DNA from: Oikopleura dioica
Taxonomy: Eukaryota; Animalia; Chordata
Length of the DNA stretch: 64,000 bases
NCBI GenBank assembly: GCA_907165135.1
Contig: OU015569.1
Span: 12,338,001 to 12,402,000 of the forward strand
Direction of reading: 5' to 3'
The notes beneath the pieces were generated by a model. It searched no databases. It saw only the letters and a program-made list of their open reading frames with translations, and was not told the DNA's origin. This document shows, in pieces, positions 61,957 to 64,000 of the stretch (within the stretch, counting starts at the first letter, position 1; the number at the start of each line of letters is the position of its first letter). The position numbers and the translations under genes are program-made.

Positions 61957-62814
61957 GGAAGGTCAGAGAAAGTTGTTTGAGATGATTGGAGAAGTTAAAA
62001 TCTACAAGCTGAAGTTGATTTGTAAACAACTGAAAATAAGATAAACTGATCGAACTAAAATTCTCTAGAAAATTATTTATTCATCTTGGCTTTCGCAAAC
62101 TTATGGTTCCTAAAATTCTCCGTTAATAAACAGCAATCTTCCATCTTTCCTTCTATTTATGGGGTGAATGGTATTAATTTAATTTTGAAGGAGGCGTTTT
62201 TCAAAAAATGGCAATTTTGAACCAATTTTCGGAATAAAAATCAAAATGAAAAAATCCGCCTTTTATGAATCTTAAATTAGGGCATCAACAGTCGATTTGA
62301 CTACAAAAATAAGGGCATCAATTTTTTAATTTCATAAAATAATAAGATGAATTATTCTCTAGTTGACCATGTCGTTATCTCTAGTCGCTGCCAATAAATG
62401 AAATAAGATGAATGCTTGAAATTCTCGTTTTTGTGTAAATTTCGAACTTTGCCCGAAATTTCTAAAAAGTCGTCTTTAAAAATATTCGCAGTATCATCAA
62501 CAAAACAAAAAAGTAGCTCCTTTCTATTGCCGAGCTTTAGAAAGAAAGTTGAGTGATATCAACGTGACCTGAGCTCGGCAGGTGACCCGCGGGTGACGAT
62601 CTTCCGTTCTCCAAAACACTTCCCACAGTCGTTTACCTTTTTCGAGTGTTGTTATTCCCAATTAGCTTTCTTGCTTTGTTTCTTACTTTTTCGATTACCG
62701 AGAAGCTCGTTCGCCGGGTTCGTCGCCAGTTGCCAGAACTCACGCGGCCCGGCGCAGTGTACGGTCTTTTAAAGAGCTCTAGAGTACTTTTAGGGCATTC
62801 GCTAAAAATGAACA

Positions 62815-63067
62815 CAGCAACACCCTTAATCGATTTCAGCGAAAATAAGCTCTAACCTCTGTCTTATTCTTTTTCTTATTTTGGTTTTAAAAATCGAGAA
62901 GCCGCTTGCGGCTTCGAGTCATTCAAAATTAGAGCCGCGCGACGCGCGGCTTTTTATTTGTTTGCTCGAAGCCGCAAGCGGCTTATCGATTTTTAAAACC
63001 AAAATAAGAAAAAGAATAAGACAGAGGTAAGAGCTTATTTTCGCTGAAATCGATTAAGGGTGTCGCT
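62815..63067. repeat. ~250-bp near-perfect foldback (family-B ends, GCCGC core)
   Basis: CACCCTTAATCGATTTCAGCGAAAATAAGCTCT...AGAGCTTATTTTCGCTGAAATCGATTAAGGGTG. Confidence 0.8.
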
Positions 63068-63074
63068 ATGTTAA

Positions 63075-63300
63075 AATTTGGAAAGAAAAATTTGGAATGG
63101 TGTCTGGAACCGACAAAAAATTTCGACAAATTTTGCGTTGGCGGCTACTCGGCTGCTGATTGGCCGATATGCCGAATCCAGGCTTCTGATTGGTTGAAAA
63201 TTTCCACGCAAAATTTGTCGAATTTTTTTTGTCGGTTCCAGACACCTCCCCAAAATTTCAACCTTTTTTCGAATTTTAGTTTTAATTTTTTCGAAAAAAT
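63075..63300. mobile_element. CGACAA-family element
   Basis: GGTGTCTGGAACCGACAAAAAA...TTTTTGTCGGTTCCAGACACC around a TGATTGG core. Confidence 0.72.
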
Positions 63301-63800
63301 TATTTGAACTTTCGCTGTTTCTAGCGACTCTTCAATCGACTGGTTGTTCTTTCTGAACAAATAATTTACAGAAAGCCGTGTTGAGCCGCGTTTAAGATCG
63401 ACAACTCCAAAAAGCAAAAGAAAGAAAAAAGCGAAATCGAAATCGTATTTTAAATGTCGAACACGTTTTTAGATAAACTGGTGCGGGAGCGGTACATTCC
63501 AGCGCCAGAAAAAAAGGTTGAAAAAATTGTTGAAATGTGAAAACCACCCGATAATGTCACGTTAGACTCAGAATGATAAACAGAACGCCCAAGAGCACCT
63601 CAGCCGATTAGAAAGACGCGGATTCTAGAGCCAGGCCTTAGAAGACGCGAGCAACTGGGAAACTGGATCACGGCGGCAAAAGGGAAATGAAAAATTCGCA
63701 AAAGAACCGCTAAGCTACTTTCTCTTTTTGAAAAAAGCGACAATTGGCAATCGCTAAGGGGGTAGACATCATCAACGAGATTTTTGTTAAAAAATTAACA

Positions 63801-63937
63801 AAGTAACACCCTTAATCTGGGCTCGGCAACCTGTGTGCAAAACCTGAGTCATGGCCTGAAAAGCATATTTAAGCTCTATCAGGTCCTGACTCAGGCTTTG
63901 TACACAGGTTGCCGAGCCCAGATTAAGGGTATTACTT
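63801..63937. mobile_element. Short family-A MITE nested in a CCCTTAA-type palindrome
   Basis: AAGTAACACCCTTAATCT-GGGCTCGGCAACC...GGTTGCCGAGCCC-AGATTAAGGGTATTACTT. Confidence 0.72.
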
Positions 63938-64000
63938 CGTTAATTCTTGAGGAAAATTGTGGTTGATGATTTCTCCGCCCATAACCCTAACCCTTACCCC

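Noticed and set aside
63982-64000. TAACCC telomere-like motif (also about 43416 and 17155)
   Set aside because: Only two or three degenerate units are present, which is too few to call telomeric.
1-64000. Autonomous transposon, retroelement, rRNA or tRNA genes
   Set aside because: I recognised no DDE transposase, reverse transcriptase or integrase motifs, and no rRNA or tRNA signatures, by eye. tRNAscan-SE and Rfam searches were not run.

Overview
This is eukaryotic, AT-rich and gene-poor DNA. The short (about 35-55 bp) GT-AG introns and compact gene style suggest a larvacean tunicate such as Oikopleura; that assignment is an inference. Most of the window alternates between short unique non-coding tracts and dozens of non-autonomous palindromic elements (MITEs and foldbacks) from several families, some with clear 8-bp target-site duplications (TSDs). 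I found no transposase ORF. Four gene loci can be reconstructed by hand. (1) An intact 5-exon, 680-aa gene at 27662-29877 (+) that fuses an atypical protein-kinase domain to a papain-like (clan CA) cysteine protease domain. Its Gln/Cys/His/Asn spacing matches papain exactly. (2) A diverged paralog with the same intron positions at 44022-46966 (-), hit by a hAT-type MITE beside the protease active site and by 1-bp homopolymer frameshifts. (3) A secreted collagen-plus-C1q-domain gene at 53488-56124 (+), interrupted by several insertions. (4) A fragmented orphan coiled-coil gene at about 30447-31687. The kinase-protease fusion family is the best candidate for an undescribed system. Other notable items are a roughly 530-bp inverted duplication 19 kb apart (possible inversion scar), a possible MITE-derived intron, and satellites arising inside MITEs.
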